From an uncultured Duncaniella sp. (GTDB lineage Bacteria > Bacteroidota > Bacteroidia > Bacteroidales > Muribaculaceae), in NCBI GenBank assembly GCA_910578615.1, contig CAJTRI010000001.1, positions 162,172 through 226,171 of the forward strand: a DNA stretch of 64,000 nt. The letters run 5' to 3'. Numbering within the stretch: position 1 is the first letter of the stretch; the number at the start of each line of letters is the position of its first letter. Below are positions 1 through 8,856 of this stretch, piece after piece. The translations under genes and the position numbers were made by a program. A model generated the notes under the pieces. The model had not been told where the DNA came from and did not search any database. It worked only from the letters and a program-made list of their open reading frames with translations.

Positions 1-997
1 GTATCACGTAAAGAGTGCCGAACTTCGAGACGATGCGGTTGAAGTCAACTCCCCAGACTGTCTCCTTGTCCGTAGAGAGCAGGACACGTCCGGCATCCAG
101 CTTGTTGAGAGACTCGATGAGGTCAGATCCGGCCATCAATACCTTCCGGCGTGACCCGGCGCCTCCCGTGAAGGCCTTTTTCATCAGCTCTATCACACCG
201 TCCTGAGTTATGGAGCCGTCATATTCCCACTCCTTGGCCGCCTGTCGCCATATACCCCCTGTGAGATACACCTCTTTGCCGTCGCTCTCGTCCACGATGA
301 GGCGTGTGCGGTTGCCGAAGAGGAAAGATTTCTCCATACCGAGGCGCATATCCACCACGGCTACCTCCTCTTGGTCGGTGAATGACCATCCCACCTCCTT
401 GTCAGAAAGTCGCTGGTAGATTGATTCCTCTATCTGGGCCTTGAATATCTGGCAGTAGTTGTAGTCTTTTTTCGGGAGTGCTGAAAACTGAGGAGTCTGT
501 ACGTCGAGTTCGCCGGCTGCGCGCCCCATGCGTACTATTCCTGTTCCCGGGGATAGCGCTGGCAGTTGTACGTCCTCGGAAGACACGAGTTCCACGGTCT
601 TGCCGTTGACACTCTTGACGTAGCAGATTAGGGGCGATTTGGCGGTTCCGATGGTGACGGCGGGAATCATTACCGTCTCGGAGGGCGAAAGCACGCCGGC
701 TTTGTCGATTTTCAGAGTGATGACACTTCCGGCGGTGACTGACTGAGGGGTGACCCCGGTCGACAGCTTTACCGAGCCGGGTTTGCAGTCGACGGTATAG
801 TAGTCCACTTTCATGGAGCCGCAATGACGGGCGCCGCACATTCGGGAAATCTGGTCAAGCGGTGTGGAGGCGGGACGGATTCTGACAATGCGGTCGTCAA
901 TGGCACTGCGGAGGAGTGATGGTGAGAGTTGTTCGGTGACATTGGTTGTGAGGGGCGCGCCGTTGAGGGTGCCCGAGGTTGTGTTTGTTTCGCTCAT
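1..997 (-). CDS. Phage-type major capsid protein (HK97-fold, DUF5309/SU10-coat-like). N-terminal 332 codons only; the gene runs off the left edge.
   Basis: The gene is missing from the ORF track because it has no stop in the window. I checked the minus-strand frame from ATG 997..995 triplet by triplet and found no stop down to position 2. The translation is MSETNTTSGTLNGAPLTTNVTEQLSPSLLRSAIDDRIVRIRPASTPLDQISRM..KVDYYTVD..GGIWRQAAKEWEYDG..VWGVDFNRIVSKFGTLYVI. From memory this resembles tailed-phage coat proteins of Bacteroidales prophages. Track ORFs 15..206, 210..419 and 402..839 are shadow frames of this gene. Confidence 0.6.
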   Translation of the reverse strand, partial: MSETNTTSGTLNGAPLTTNVTEQLSPSLLRSAIDDRIVRIRPASTPLDQISRMCGARHCGSMKVDYYTVDCKPGSVKLSTGVTPQSVTAGSVITLKIDKAGVLSPSETVMIPAVTIGTAKSPLICYVKSVNGKTVELVSSEDVQLPALSPGTGIVRMGRAAGELDVQTPQFSALPKKDYNYCQIFKAQIEESIYQRLSDKEVGWSFTDQEEVAVVDMRLGMEKSFLFGNRTRLIVDESDGKEVYLTGGIWRQAAKEWEYDGSITQDGVIELMKKAFTGGAGSRRKVLMAGSDLIESLNKLDAGRVLLSTDKETVWGVDFNRIVSKFGTLYVI

Positions 998-1080
998 TAT
1001 GGTTTGTGGCGTTTTGTGTGGATTGGTTGGAATTTCGGTTTTGGAATCTGGCAGGCGATTGGCTCAGAGATGTCTGTGGG

Positions 1081-1263
1081 TCAGTGGTTCCATGCGCTTT
1101 GGCGATGGTGTGACAGAACGTGTGTCGTAGCCGTGTCTTCCTCAGCGGGAGAGGTGTCGGCTCTCATAAGTTCCCAAAGACCCAGTCTGGGGGTGTCTGC
1201 CTTTGGGCTGTCAGGGGTTGTCTGACCGTTGTCCGTGGCTTCGTTGTTTTCGTTTTCGTTCAT
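1081..1263 (-). CDS. Small acidic hypothetical protein (60 aa) directly upstream of the capsid gene
   Basis: Track ORF MNENENNEATDNGQTTPDSPKADTPRLGLWEL.. lies on the same strand as the capsid gene. A TAacTTTG -7-like box is on the minus strand at 1299..1292. I recognise no family. Confidence 0.25.
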   Translation of the reverse strand: MNENENNEATDNGQTTPDSPKADTPRLGLWELMRADTSPAEEDTATTHVLSHHRQSAWNH

Positions 1264-1357
1264 GGTGTTGTTGATGTTTTTGTTGACACTGCAAAGTTAC
1301 GGTCGTCCATATGTCAAAAAGACGCGATAATGTCGCGTATTAGAGGAAGTTTTTTAT

Positions 1358-1365
1358 TACCTTTG
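1358..1365 (+). promoter_or_regulatory. Bacteroides-type -7 box TAccTTTG, 8 nt upstream of the esterase ATG
   Basis: The sequence ttaTTACCTTTGcgcctgacATG matches TAnnTTTG. No good -33 TTTG is found at the expected spacing. Confidence 0.4.
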
Positions 1366-1373
1366 CGCCTGAC

Positions 1374-2453
1374 ATGAAAACCTTATCCGTCATGAGACTT
1401 TCTTTCTTCCTCCTTCTTCCTGTAATAATACTCGCATCATGCACCTCGGGTCGTCCCGTGGATATTCCGGCAACATCAGAGGACATATTGTATATGGGCC
1501 GTACCGTTACCACCCCCGATGGGGCCGTTGCTTTCAACTATCCCGGTGTGACCGCAATGCTTCGATTCGAGGGACGGAGTATCGAACTGCTTACCTCTCC
1601 CGGTAGTGGTTACTGGATGGTAGAGGTGGATTCTCTCCCGGCTGTAAAGCGCGAGATCGCTTCCGGCGACTCGGTATTGCTTGTGGCCGACTATCTGTCC
1701 GAAGGGCCTCACAGCACAAGAATCACTTATTGCATAGAGGGATATGAAAAGAATCCCGAGATACGCGGTTTCAGGCTTGCCCCCGGCGGCAGTATGCTTC
1801 CGGCTCCTGAGCGTCCTGCCCTGAAAATGGAGTTTATCGGAAATTCCATCACGTGCGGCTACGGCATAGAGGCTGACTCGGCTGCCATACATTTCAGCTA
1901 TGACACAGAGAACCATTGTCTGACCTATGCCTATCTCACAGCCCGTGAGCTGGATGCCGACTTCAACGTGGTGGCACGCTCGGGAATCGGCATGTATCGC
2001 AACTACAACGGCCCGCGCGAGGGTGACGGTCACCAGACAATGACGCTTGAATATGACAACGCGCTTCTCTACAAGCCCGGGCTTCCCTGGGATTTCTCGC
2101 GTTTCGTCCCAGACATTGTATGTATCAACCTCGGCACCAATGATACCTCCACGCGCAATTATGACATTAACCTCTATGAGGAGGCCTATGGCAGCTTCCT
2201 TGACCGTCTCAGGAGGTATTATCCCGATGCGAAGATTGTGCTTCTGACCGGCCCGATGCTTGGACGGCAGGAACTTGCCGATGTCACAGGCGCCCTTGAC
2301 CGCCTCGCCTCGTCGCGCGAGGGTGTCTATCGTTTTGACATGACCCCCGAGGACGGATCCCTCGGATATGGAGCCGACTATCATCCCTCGGCCGCGAGGG
2401 CGCGCGTTATGGCCGACGAACTGTCCCGCTTCATCAGGGAAAACGTCATCTGA
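1374..2453 (+). CDS. SGNH/GDSL hydrolase lipoprotein (CE2-like carbohydrate acetylesterase)
   Basis: Lipoprotein signal peptide MRLSFFLLLPVIILASC. SGNH block I is FIGNSITCGYG, block III is NLGTNDTS and block V is ADYHPS. An N-terminal domain of about 150 aa precedes the SGNH domain, as in CE2 esterases. Confidence 0.8.
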   Translation: MKTLSVMRLSFFLLLPVIILASCTSGRPVDIPATSEDILYMGRTVTTPDGAVAFNYPGVTAMLRFEGRSIELLTSPGSGYWMVEVDSLPAVKREIASGDSVLLVADYLSEGPHSTRITYCIEGYEKNPEIRGFRLAPGGSMLPAPERPALKMEFIGNSITCGYGIEADSAAIHFSYDTENHCLTYAYLTARELDADFNVVARSGIGMYRNYNGPREGDGHQTMTLEYDNALLYKPGLPWDFSRFVPDIVCINLGTNDTSTRNYDINLYEEAYGSFLDRLRRYYPDAKIVLLTGPMLGRQELADVTGALDRLASSREGVYRFDMTPEDGSLGYGADYHPSAARARVMADELSRFIRENVI

Positions 2454-2523
2454 GACCGCCGGAGCGGATTATGCGGGCTTTAACAACTTTATGTTTTTTA
2501 AACCTCCTTTTTCTCAGCCACGT

Positions 2524-2555
2524 TTTGTAGATTAGGGATTTATTTCGTAATTTTG
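2524..2555 (+). promoter_or_regulatory. Bacteroides sigma-AB type promoter of nifJ (TTTG-N20-TAatTTTG)
   Basis: TTTG lies at 2524-2527 and TAATTTTG at 2548-2555, exactly 20 nt apart. The predicted leader to ATG 2661 is about 100 nt. Confidence 0.55.
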
Positions 2556-2660
2556 CATTGTGGTGTTCCCCGCATGGTTTGCCCGGAACATCAGAGGAAT
2601 CTGATACCGCAAAACTTGTAAATCATCAAGAAACACGAATTCTCTATACTTAAAATCACT

Positions 2661-5600
2661 ATGAGCAAAGAAAAAAAATTCTTGACTTGTGATGGTAATC
2701 AGGCAGCAGCCCACGTGAGCTACATGTTCTCGGAAGTGGCCGCCATCTACCCCATCACCCCGTCGTCGACTATGGCAGAATATGTTGACGAGTGGGCAGC
2801 CGCAGGGCGTAAGAACATCTTCGGCGAGACCGTCCTCGTGCAGGAAATGCAGAGCGAAGGCGGCGCCGCCGGTGCAGTGCACGGTTCTCTTCAAGCCGGT
2901 GCCCTCACCACCACCTACACCGCCTCGCAGGGTCTCCTCCTGATGATCCCCAACATGTACAAGATTGCCGGCGAATTGCTCCCATGCGTGTTCCACGTAT
3001 CGGCCCGTACACTCGCCAGCCACGCTCTCTCGATCTTCGGCGACCATCAGGACGTTATGTCCTGCCGCCAGACAGGCTTCGCCATGCTTGCCGAAGGTTC
3101 TGTACAGGAAGTCATGGATCTCGCCGGTGTGGCCCACCTCGCCACCATCAAGAGCCGTGTCCCCTTCATGAACTTCTTTGACGGCTTCCGTACATCCCAC
3201 GAAATCCAGAAAATCGAGGCAATCGACCAGGATGACCTCGCTCCCCTCGTTGACCGCGAGGCTCTCGCCGAGTTCCGTGCACGCGCGCTCAATCCCGAGC
3301 ATCCCGTGGCACGCGGTATGGCCGAGAACCCCGACGTGTTCTTCCAGCACCGCGAGTCATGCAACAACTACTATGACCGTGTGCCCGAGATCGTAGAGGA
3401 ATACATGAAGGAAATCACCCGTATCACAGGTCGTGAATACGGTCTCTTCAACTACTACGGTGCTCCCGACGCAGACCGTGTCATCATCGCCATGGGTTCT
3501 GCCACACAGGCTGCCCAGGAAGCCATTGACCACCTCAACGCCAACGGCGAGAAGGTAGGTCTCGTGAGCGTGCACCTCTACCGTCCTTTCTCAGCCAAGC
3601 ATTTCCTTGCCGCCGTCCCCAAGACTGCCAAGCGCATCGCCGTGCTTGACCGCACCAAGGAACCGGGAGCCAACGGCGAGCCTCTGTATCTCGACGTTAA
3701 GGACTGCTTCTATGGTCAGGCTGACGCCCCCGTTATCGTAGGCGGCCGCTATGGTCTCGCTTCGAAGGACGTTACTCCCGCCACCATCATATCGGTGTTC
3801 GAGAACCTCGCCCTTCCCGAGCCTAAGAACCACTTCACAGTGGGTATCATCGATGACGTTACCTTCACCTCGCTTCCTCCCAAAGAAGAAATCGCCCTCG
3901 GCGGCGAGAGCATCTTCGAGGCCAAGTTCTTCGGTCTCGGTGCCGACGGTACTGTGGGTGCCAACAAGAACTCCGTAAAGATTATCGGTGACAACACCAA
4001 CAAGTACTGCCAGGCTTATTTCAGCTATGACTCCAAGAAGTCAGGCGGTTTCACATGTTCCCACCTCCGCTTCGGTGACGAGCCTATCCGCTCCACCTAT
4101 CTTGTGACCACTCCCAACTTTGTGGCATGCCACGTGCAGGCCTATCTCCACATGTATGACGTGACCCGTGGTCTCCGCAAGGGTGGCAGATTCCTTCTCA
4201 ACACCATCTGGGAAGGTGAGGAACTGGCCAAGAACCTCCCCAACAAGATCAAAAAGTATTTCGCTGACAACGACATCACCGTCTACTATATCAACGCTAC
4301 CAAGATAGCACAGGAGATCGGTCTCGGTAACCGTACCAACACCATTCTCCAAAGTGCCTTCTTCCGTATCACCGAGGTTATTCCCGTAGACCTTGCCGTA
4401 GAGCAGATGAAGAAGTTCATCGTCAAGAGCTATGGCAAGAAGGGTCAGGACATTGTTGACAAGAACTATGCAGCCGTTGACCGTGGCGGTGAATACAAGG
4501 AACTTCCCGTTGACAAGGCATGGAGCAACCTCGAACCCGAGGCTCCCGCAGCCAACAACGATCCCGCCTTCATCAACGAGATTGTGCGTCCTATCAATGC
4601 TCAGGATGGCGACCTTCTCAAAGTCAGCGCATTCAAAGGCATCGAGGACGGCACCTGGAACCAAGGTACCGCAGCCTACGAGAAGCGTGGCGTTGCAGCC
4701 TTCGTCCCCGAATGGCTTGAAGAGAACTGTATACAGTGTAACAAGTGTGCCTATGTCTGCCCCCACGCCTCTATCCGTCCCTTCGTGCTCGACAGCGCAG
4801 AGATGGCTGCGGCTCCCTTCGCAGAGGGTGACACCATCCCCGCCATCGGCAAGCAGTTTGCAGACATGCGTTTCATCCAGAGCGTAGACGTGCTTGACTG
4901 TCTCGGTTGCGGCAACTGTGTGGCTGTCTGCCCCGGCAAGAAGGGCGTGAAGGCTCTCGAAATGAAGCCTCTCGAAACCCAGCTCGACGTCCAGAAGGAG
5001 TGGGATTACTGCGTGGCCTCCGTGGCTTCCAAGCAGAACCTCGTAGACATCAAGAGCAACGTGAAGAACTCACAGTTCGCCACCCCGCTCTTCGAATTCT
5101 CGGGCGCTTGCTCAGGCTGTGGCGAGACCCCCTATGTGAAGCTCATCTCCCAGCTCTTCGGTGACCACGAGATCGTGGCCAACGCTACCGGCTGTTCTTC
5201 GATCTATTCAGGCTCCGTTCCCTCTACCCCCTATACCACCAACGAGAAGGGTCATGGCCCCGCATGGGCCAACTCCCTCTTCGAGGACTTCGCCGAATTC
5301 GGTCTCGGCATGACTCTCGCTCACGAGAAGATGCAGTCACGTATCGCCGGTCTCATGCAGGCCGCTCTCGAATGCGACAAGTGCTCTGACGAGATCAAGG
5401 CCCTCGCCACCAAGTGGCTTGAAAACCGCTCGGACGCTGTGGCTACCCGCGAGGTGGCAGAGCAGATCGTTCCCCTCTGCGAGGCTTGCGGATGTGATAT
5501 CTGCAAGGGCATCGTTGAGAACAAGGAGCACATCGCCAAGCGTTCGCAGTGGATCATAGCCGGTGACGGTGCTGCCTATGACATAGGTTTCGGCGGTCTC

Positions 5601-6224
5601 GACCACGTGCTTGCCTCCAACAAGAACGTAAACATCCTCGTTCTCGATACCGAGGTTTACTCCAACACCGGCGGTCAGGCCTCTAAGGCTACCCCCATCG
5701 GCGCCATCGCCAAGTTTGCCGCTGCCGGCAAGCGTGTCCGCAAGAAAGACCTCGGTCTCATCGCGTCCACCTACGGCTACGTATACGTCGCACAGGTTGC
5801 CATGGGTGCCGACAATGCCCAGACCCTCAAAGCCATCCGCGAGGCTGAGGCTTATGACGGCCCGTCACTCATCATCGCTTACTCTCCCTGTATCAACCAC
5901 GGTATCCGCAAGGGTATGGGTCACGCCCAGGAAGAGCAGCAGGCAGCTGTCGAGTGTGGTTACTGGCACCTCTGGCGCTACAACCCCGCTCTCGAAGAGG
6001 AAGGCAAGAACCCGTTCAGCCTCGATTCCAAGGCTCCCGCATGGGACAAGTTCGAGGACTTCCTCAAAGGCGAGGTGCGCTATGCTTCCGTAATGAAGCA
6101 GTATCCCGTAGAGGCAGCCGAGCTTTTCGCAGCAGCCAAGGCCAACGCCCAGTGGCGTTACAACAACTACCTCCGCCTCTCGCAGCAGCAGTGGGGTCAG
6201 GAGCCCGCTCCCGAAGTAAAGTAA
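2661..6224 (+). CDS. nifJ: Pyruvate:ferredoxin (flavodoxin) oxidoreductase, single-polypeptide type
   Basis: 1187 aa. Two 4Fe-4S motifs are present (CIQCNKCAYVCP and CLGCGNCVAVCP). The C-terminal TPP region reads GDGAAYDIGFGGLDH. Length and domain order are typical of NifJ/PFOR. Confidence 0.97.
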   Translation: MSKEKKFLTCDGNQAAAHVSYMFSEVAAIYPITPSSTMAEYVDEWAAAGRKNIFGETVLVQEMQSEGGAAGAVHGSLQAGALTTTYTASQGLLLMIPNMYKIAGELLPCVFHVSARTLASHALSIFGDHQDVMSCRQTGFAMLAEGSVQEVMDLAGVAHLATIKSRVPFMNFFDGFRTSHEIQKIEAIDQDDLAPLVDREALAEFRARALNPEHPVARGMAENPDVFFQHRESCNNYYDRVPEIVEEYMKEITRITGREYGLFNYYGAPDADRVIIAMGSATQAAQEAIDHLNANGEKVGLVSVHLYRPFSAKHFLAAVPKTAKRIAVLDRTKEPGANGEPLYLDVKDCFYGQADAPVIVGGRYGLASKDVTPATIISVFENLALPEPKNHFTVGIIDDVTFTSLPPKEEIALGGESIFEAKFFGLGADGTVGANKNSVKIIGDNTNKYCQAYFSYDSKKSGGFTCSHLRFGDEPIRSTYLVTTPNFVACHVQAYLHMYDVTRGLRKGGRFLLNTIWEGEELAKNLPNKIKKYFADNDITVYYINATKIAQEIGLGNRTNTILQSAFFRITEVIPVDLAVEQMKKFIVKSYGKKGQDIVDKNYAAVDRGGEYKELPVDKAWSNLEPEAPAANNDPAFINEIVRPINAQDGDLLKVSAFKGIEDGTWNQGTAAYEKRGVAAFVPEWLEENCIQCNKCAYVCPHASIRPFVLDSAEMAAAPFAEGDTIPAIGKQFADMRFIQSVDVLDCLGCGNCVAVCPGKKGVKALEMKPLETQLDVQKEWDYCVASVASKQNLVDIKSNVKNSQFATPLFEFSGACSGCGETPYVKLISQLFGDHEIVANATGCSSIYSGSVPSTPYTTNEKGHGPAWANSLFEDFAEFGLGMTLAHEKMQSRIAGLMQAALECDKCSDEIKALATKWLENRSDAVATREVAEQIVPLCEACGCDICKGIVENKEHIAKRSQWIIAGDGAAYDIGFGGLDHVLASNKNVNILVLDTEVYSNTGGQASKATPIGAIAKFAAAGKRVRKKDLGLIASTYGYVYVAQVAMGADNAQTLKAIREAEAYDGPSLIIAYSPCINHGIRKGMGHAQEEQQAAVECGYWHLWRYNPALEEEGKNPFSLDSKAPAWDKFEDFLKGEVRYASVMKQYPVEAAELFAAAKANAQWRYNNYLRLSQQQWGQEPAPEVK

Positions 6225-6262
6225 TCGCTTTATCCAAGCGTGACACTTTGAAATAAACCGCC

Positions 6263-6303
6263 GCCGGGCGGCAAGGAGACAATCCCTTGCCGCCCGGCTT
6301 TTT
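6263..6303 (+). terminator. Rho-independent terminator of nifJ
   Basis: A perfect 14-bp stem pairs GCCGGGCGGCAAGG (6263-6276) with CCTTGCCGCCCGGC (6285-6298). The loop is 8 nt and TTTTT follows, 39 nt after the stop. Confidence 0.88.
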
Positions 6304-6449
6304 ATATTCCGTTGAGACAACGTTTGTCGCGCGGACACCGTCATGGGCAGACTTTAAAACCTGCCTGTAACCCGGCTCGTTTTCGTGTAGGCACACCACT
6401 CTGGATTAACATTTGTTATTAAACACAGTCTATAATTCCGGGTGTTGTT

Positions 6450-6481
6450 TTTGCATAGGTGGACAGATTCCTCTATCTTTG
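6450..6481 (+). promoter_or_regulatory. Promoter TTTG-N20-TAtcTTTG ending 4 nt before ATG 6486 (leaderless or near-leaderless mRNA)
   Basis: TTTG lies at 6450-6453 and TATCTTTG at 6474-6481. The track GTG start at 6459 lies inside this promoter, which favours ATG 6486. Confidence 0.55.
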
Positions 6482-6485
6482 CAGT

Positions 6486-7895
6486 ATGACCGTCAACGAA
6501 TTTGCCGCCCGAGTGGCCTCCAACCTACCCTATCGCCCCAACCACCAGCAGGAACTTCTCATCGGGGCTTTGGCGCGTTTTTGCTCGTCGGCCACGCCAA
6601 GCGACTCGGTCTTCATCATAAACGGCTATGCCGGTACGGGAAAGACTTCTCTGACAGGCGCCCTTGTCAAGAGTCTGCGCGAGGCAAGGCGCGAGGTGGT
6701 GCTACTCGCCCCGACCGGGCGTGCGGCCAAGGTGTTTGCCGCCCATGCCGGCCATCCTGCATATACCATCCATCGCAAGATATATCGTGGGCCGACCGGC
6801 GACCTCACCGGCGGTAACACCATGATGCAGCGCAATACTCTCGCCAATGCCGTCTTTATAGTCGATGAGGCCTCCATGATAGGTGACGCGACAGCCGAGG
6901 GTGGTGTGAGCCTTATTGATGACCTTGTGGAATATGTCTTCACCGGCGACAACTGCCGCCTCATCCTTCTTGGAGATGTGGCACAGCTTCCACCTGTCGG
7001 CTCTACTGACTCTCCCGCCATGCGGCCTGACACATTCAAGCGGCTCGGGCTTCACGTAAGCCGTGCCACCATTACCGACACAGCCCGTCAGGCCCGCTCC
7101 TCAGGCATACTGAGAAATGCTACATGGCTGCGCCGGGCCATGCTCGTCGACCCTCTTCCCTCCCCCCGCCTTGTCACGGACGGATTTGACGATGTGCATA
7201 TTATCGAAAACGATGACGTGGCCGACATAATCGGAGAGTGTTATCGTGCGGACGGCCCTGACGAGACCATTATCGTCACGCGTTCCAACCGCCGTGCCAC
7301 GGCGTTCAATCTCGGTATCCGCACGCGGGTACTTGACTTTGAGGAGGAACTCTGTAAGGGTGAGAGACTTCTTGTCGCCAAAAACAACTATATGTGGAGT
7401 GCTAAGATAAAGGAGCTGGACTTTATAGCCAACGGTGATGTCGGGATAGTCACGGCAATACATTCCACCGAGGAGCGCTATGGATTCCGATTCGCCAACG
7501 TGACGCTCAGTCTCCCGGATCGCGACATAGATGTGGATTGCCGCATATTTCTCGACACGCTTACTGACGAGAACGCCTCGGTCTCGCGCGAGCAGATGCA
7601 GAGTCTCGCCGAGGCCTGTATGGCCGATCCTGAGCGCAACTCTCCCGACCTGTCGTGGGAACAGCGTCTCAGGCGTCTGCGCACCGATCCTTATTTCAAC
7701 GCCTTGCAGGTCAAATATGCCTACGCTGTCACATGCTACAAGGCCCAGGGCGCCCAGTGGGCCAATGTCGTAGTAGATCTCGGAGGAATCCCTGTCGAGA
7801 GCCAGGGACTCGACTTCTACCGATGGCTCTATACGGCCGTCACACGGGCCACGCGCCGTCTGTTCTTCCTCAATCCCGGAGAGATGGCTGAATGA
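6486..7895 (+). CDS. RecD/TraA-like superfamily-1 DNA helicase (AAA_30 + UvrD_C_2 type)
   Basis: Walker A is GYAGTGKT, Walker B is FIVDEASM, and the C-terminal motif is YAVTCYKAQGAQW. The start is moved to MTVNEF (ATG 6486) because of the promoter position. Confidence 0.8.
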   Translation: MTVNEFAARVASNLPYRPNHQQELLIGALARFCSSATPSDSVFIINGYAGTGKTSLTGALVKSLREARREVVLLAPTGRAAKVFAAHAGHPAYTIHRKIYRGPTGDLTGGNTMMQRNTLANAVFIVDEASMIGDATAEGGVSLIDDLVEYVFTGDNCRLILLGDVAQLPPVGSTDSPAMRPDTFKRLGLHVSRATITDTARQARSSGILRNATWLRRAMLVDPLPSPRLVTDGFDDVHIIENDDVADIIGECYRADGPDETIIVTRSNRRATAFNLGIRTRVLDFEEELCKGERLLVAKNNYMWSAKIKELDFIANGDVGIVTAIHSTEERYGFRFANVTLSLPDRDIDVDCRIFLDTLTDENASVSREQMQSLAEACMADPERNSPDLSWEQRLRRLRTDPYFNALQVKYAYAVTCYKAQGAQWANVVVDLGGIPVESQGLDFYRWLYTAVTRATRRLFFLNPGEMAE

Positions 7896-8006
7896 GGCGG
7901 GGATGTCCGCATCCTCCGTCAGACCTGCATCAACGTGCGCCTTCTCGCAGCCCGTAAGGCTATTTTCAAGACGCTGAGGCGAAATGGTGTTACGAAATAC
8001 TTGCCA

Positions 8007-8041
8007 TTTGCTGATAAATTCGCTAAATTTGCGTAAATTTG
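8007..8041 (+). promoter_or_regulatory. Candidate promoter with a duplicated -7 box (TAaaTTTG at 8024-8031 and 8034-8041)
   Basis: The sequence is ccaTTTGctgataaattcgcTAAATTTGcgTAAATTTGcat. The -33 TTTG at 8007-8010 is 23 nt from the second box, which is slightly long. Confidence 0.35.
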
Positions 8042-8076
8042 CATTACTGCATGTACCTTTAAACCAACAAGAAGAT

Positions 8077-8853
8077 ATGCCCGAGAACCCTCCCGCCGCC
8101 CCGGTCGATGCGAAATGGACCGAGATTGAACACCTCCCCGAATGGGACGAGGAATTTTATCATGTCTATACCGCTAAGAAGCATGGCAAATGGCTGATGC
8201 TTAAAACCCTGCGTCCCGAGTTGAAGGGGATTTCGGAGTATGAGAAGATGATAGAGAAGGAATTCGAGGTGCGTTACAATCTGGCACATCCACATATCAT
8301 CATGATCAATGATTTCGAGGAGGTGCCGGGACTGGGGATGTGCATAATCACCGATGATGTCTACGGAGACTCCCTTGCCAAGCTGATACGGGAGAAGAAG
8401 GTGACAGACGACCATATCTATAAGCTCCACCACCAGCTTCTTGACGCGCTTGACTATATCCAGACCAATCATCTGGCCCATCATCCGCTTGATTCCTCAC
8501 GTGTCATCTTTACCGAGAATATAGGTAACCTCAAACTCATCGACGTGGGATTTGACCAGAAGAACTTCCTGACCCATGCGGACACGGCTGAGGATATCTA
8601 TAACTACGGTGTCCTTCTCAACGAGGCTCTGGATGCCGTGGAGACACAGCATCCCCGCTTGCGCCGCATAGCCGCGCGTTGTGTCAATCCCGATCCTTCC
8701 AAACGTTACCCCACTCTCAACGCCCTGCGCCTCGCCCTTGCCGACAAGCGCGAGAGAATGCTTTTTATTGCAATCATACTGTTCCTGCTGGCCATGATAG
8801 CCCTGCTCCTCTGGTTGAATTCGGCTTTCAGGCCAGTCCCACAAATTTCCTGA
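8077..8853 (+). CDS. Membrane-anchored protein-kinase-like protein with a degenerate catalytic loop (predicted pseudokinase)
   Basis: Kinase-fold landmarks are present: beta3 Lys in WLMLKTL and alphaC Glu in EKEFEVRYNLAHPHI. The HRDLKPxN position reads HHPLDSSRV and DFG reads DVG. A C-terminal TM helix is present (MLFIAIILFLLAMIALLLWL). The start is set at MPENPP (ATG 8077), downstream of the promoter boxes. Confidence 0.6.
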   Translation: MPENPPAAPVDAKWTEIEHLPEWDEEFYHVYTAKKHGKWLMLKTLRPELKGISEYEKMIEKEFEVRYNLAHPHIIMINDFEEVPGLGMCIITDDVYGDSLAKLIREKKVTDDHIYKLHHQLLDALDYIQTNHLAHHPLDSSRVIFTENIGNLKLIDVGFDQKNFLTHADTAEDIYNYGVLLNEALDAVETQHPRLRRIAARCVNPDPSKRYPTLNALRLALADKRERMLFIAIILFLLAMIALLLWLNSAFRPVPQIS

Positions 8854-8856
8854 CCC

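Noticed and set aside
402-839. Arg-rich 145-aa ORF and the small plus-strand ORFs at 15-419
   Set aside because: They overlap the uninterrupted 332-codon capsid-like frame, whose translation is far more protein-like.
1476-2384. 302-aa minus-strand ORF fully inside the esterase gene
   Set aside because: It is a shadow ORF on the antisense strand of a well-supported SGNH hydrolase gene. The translation is low-complexity (Gly/Arg/Val-rich) with no recognisable motif, as is typical of GC-rich coding DNA.
8024-8041. Tandem 10-bp repeat TAAATTTGCG/TAAATTTGCA
   Set aside because: There are only two copies, and each is a TAnnTTTG -7 box. I interpret them as a duplicated promoter element, not a repeat array or CRISPR.
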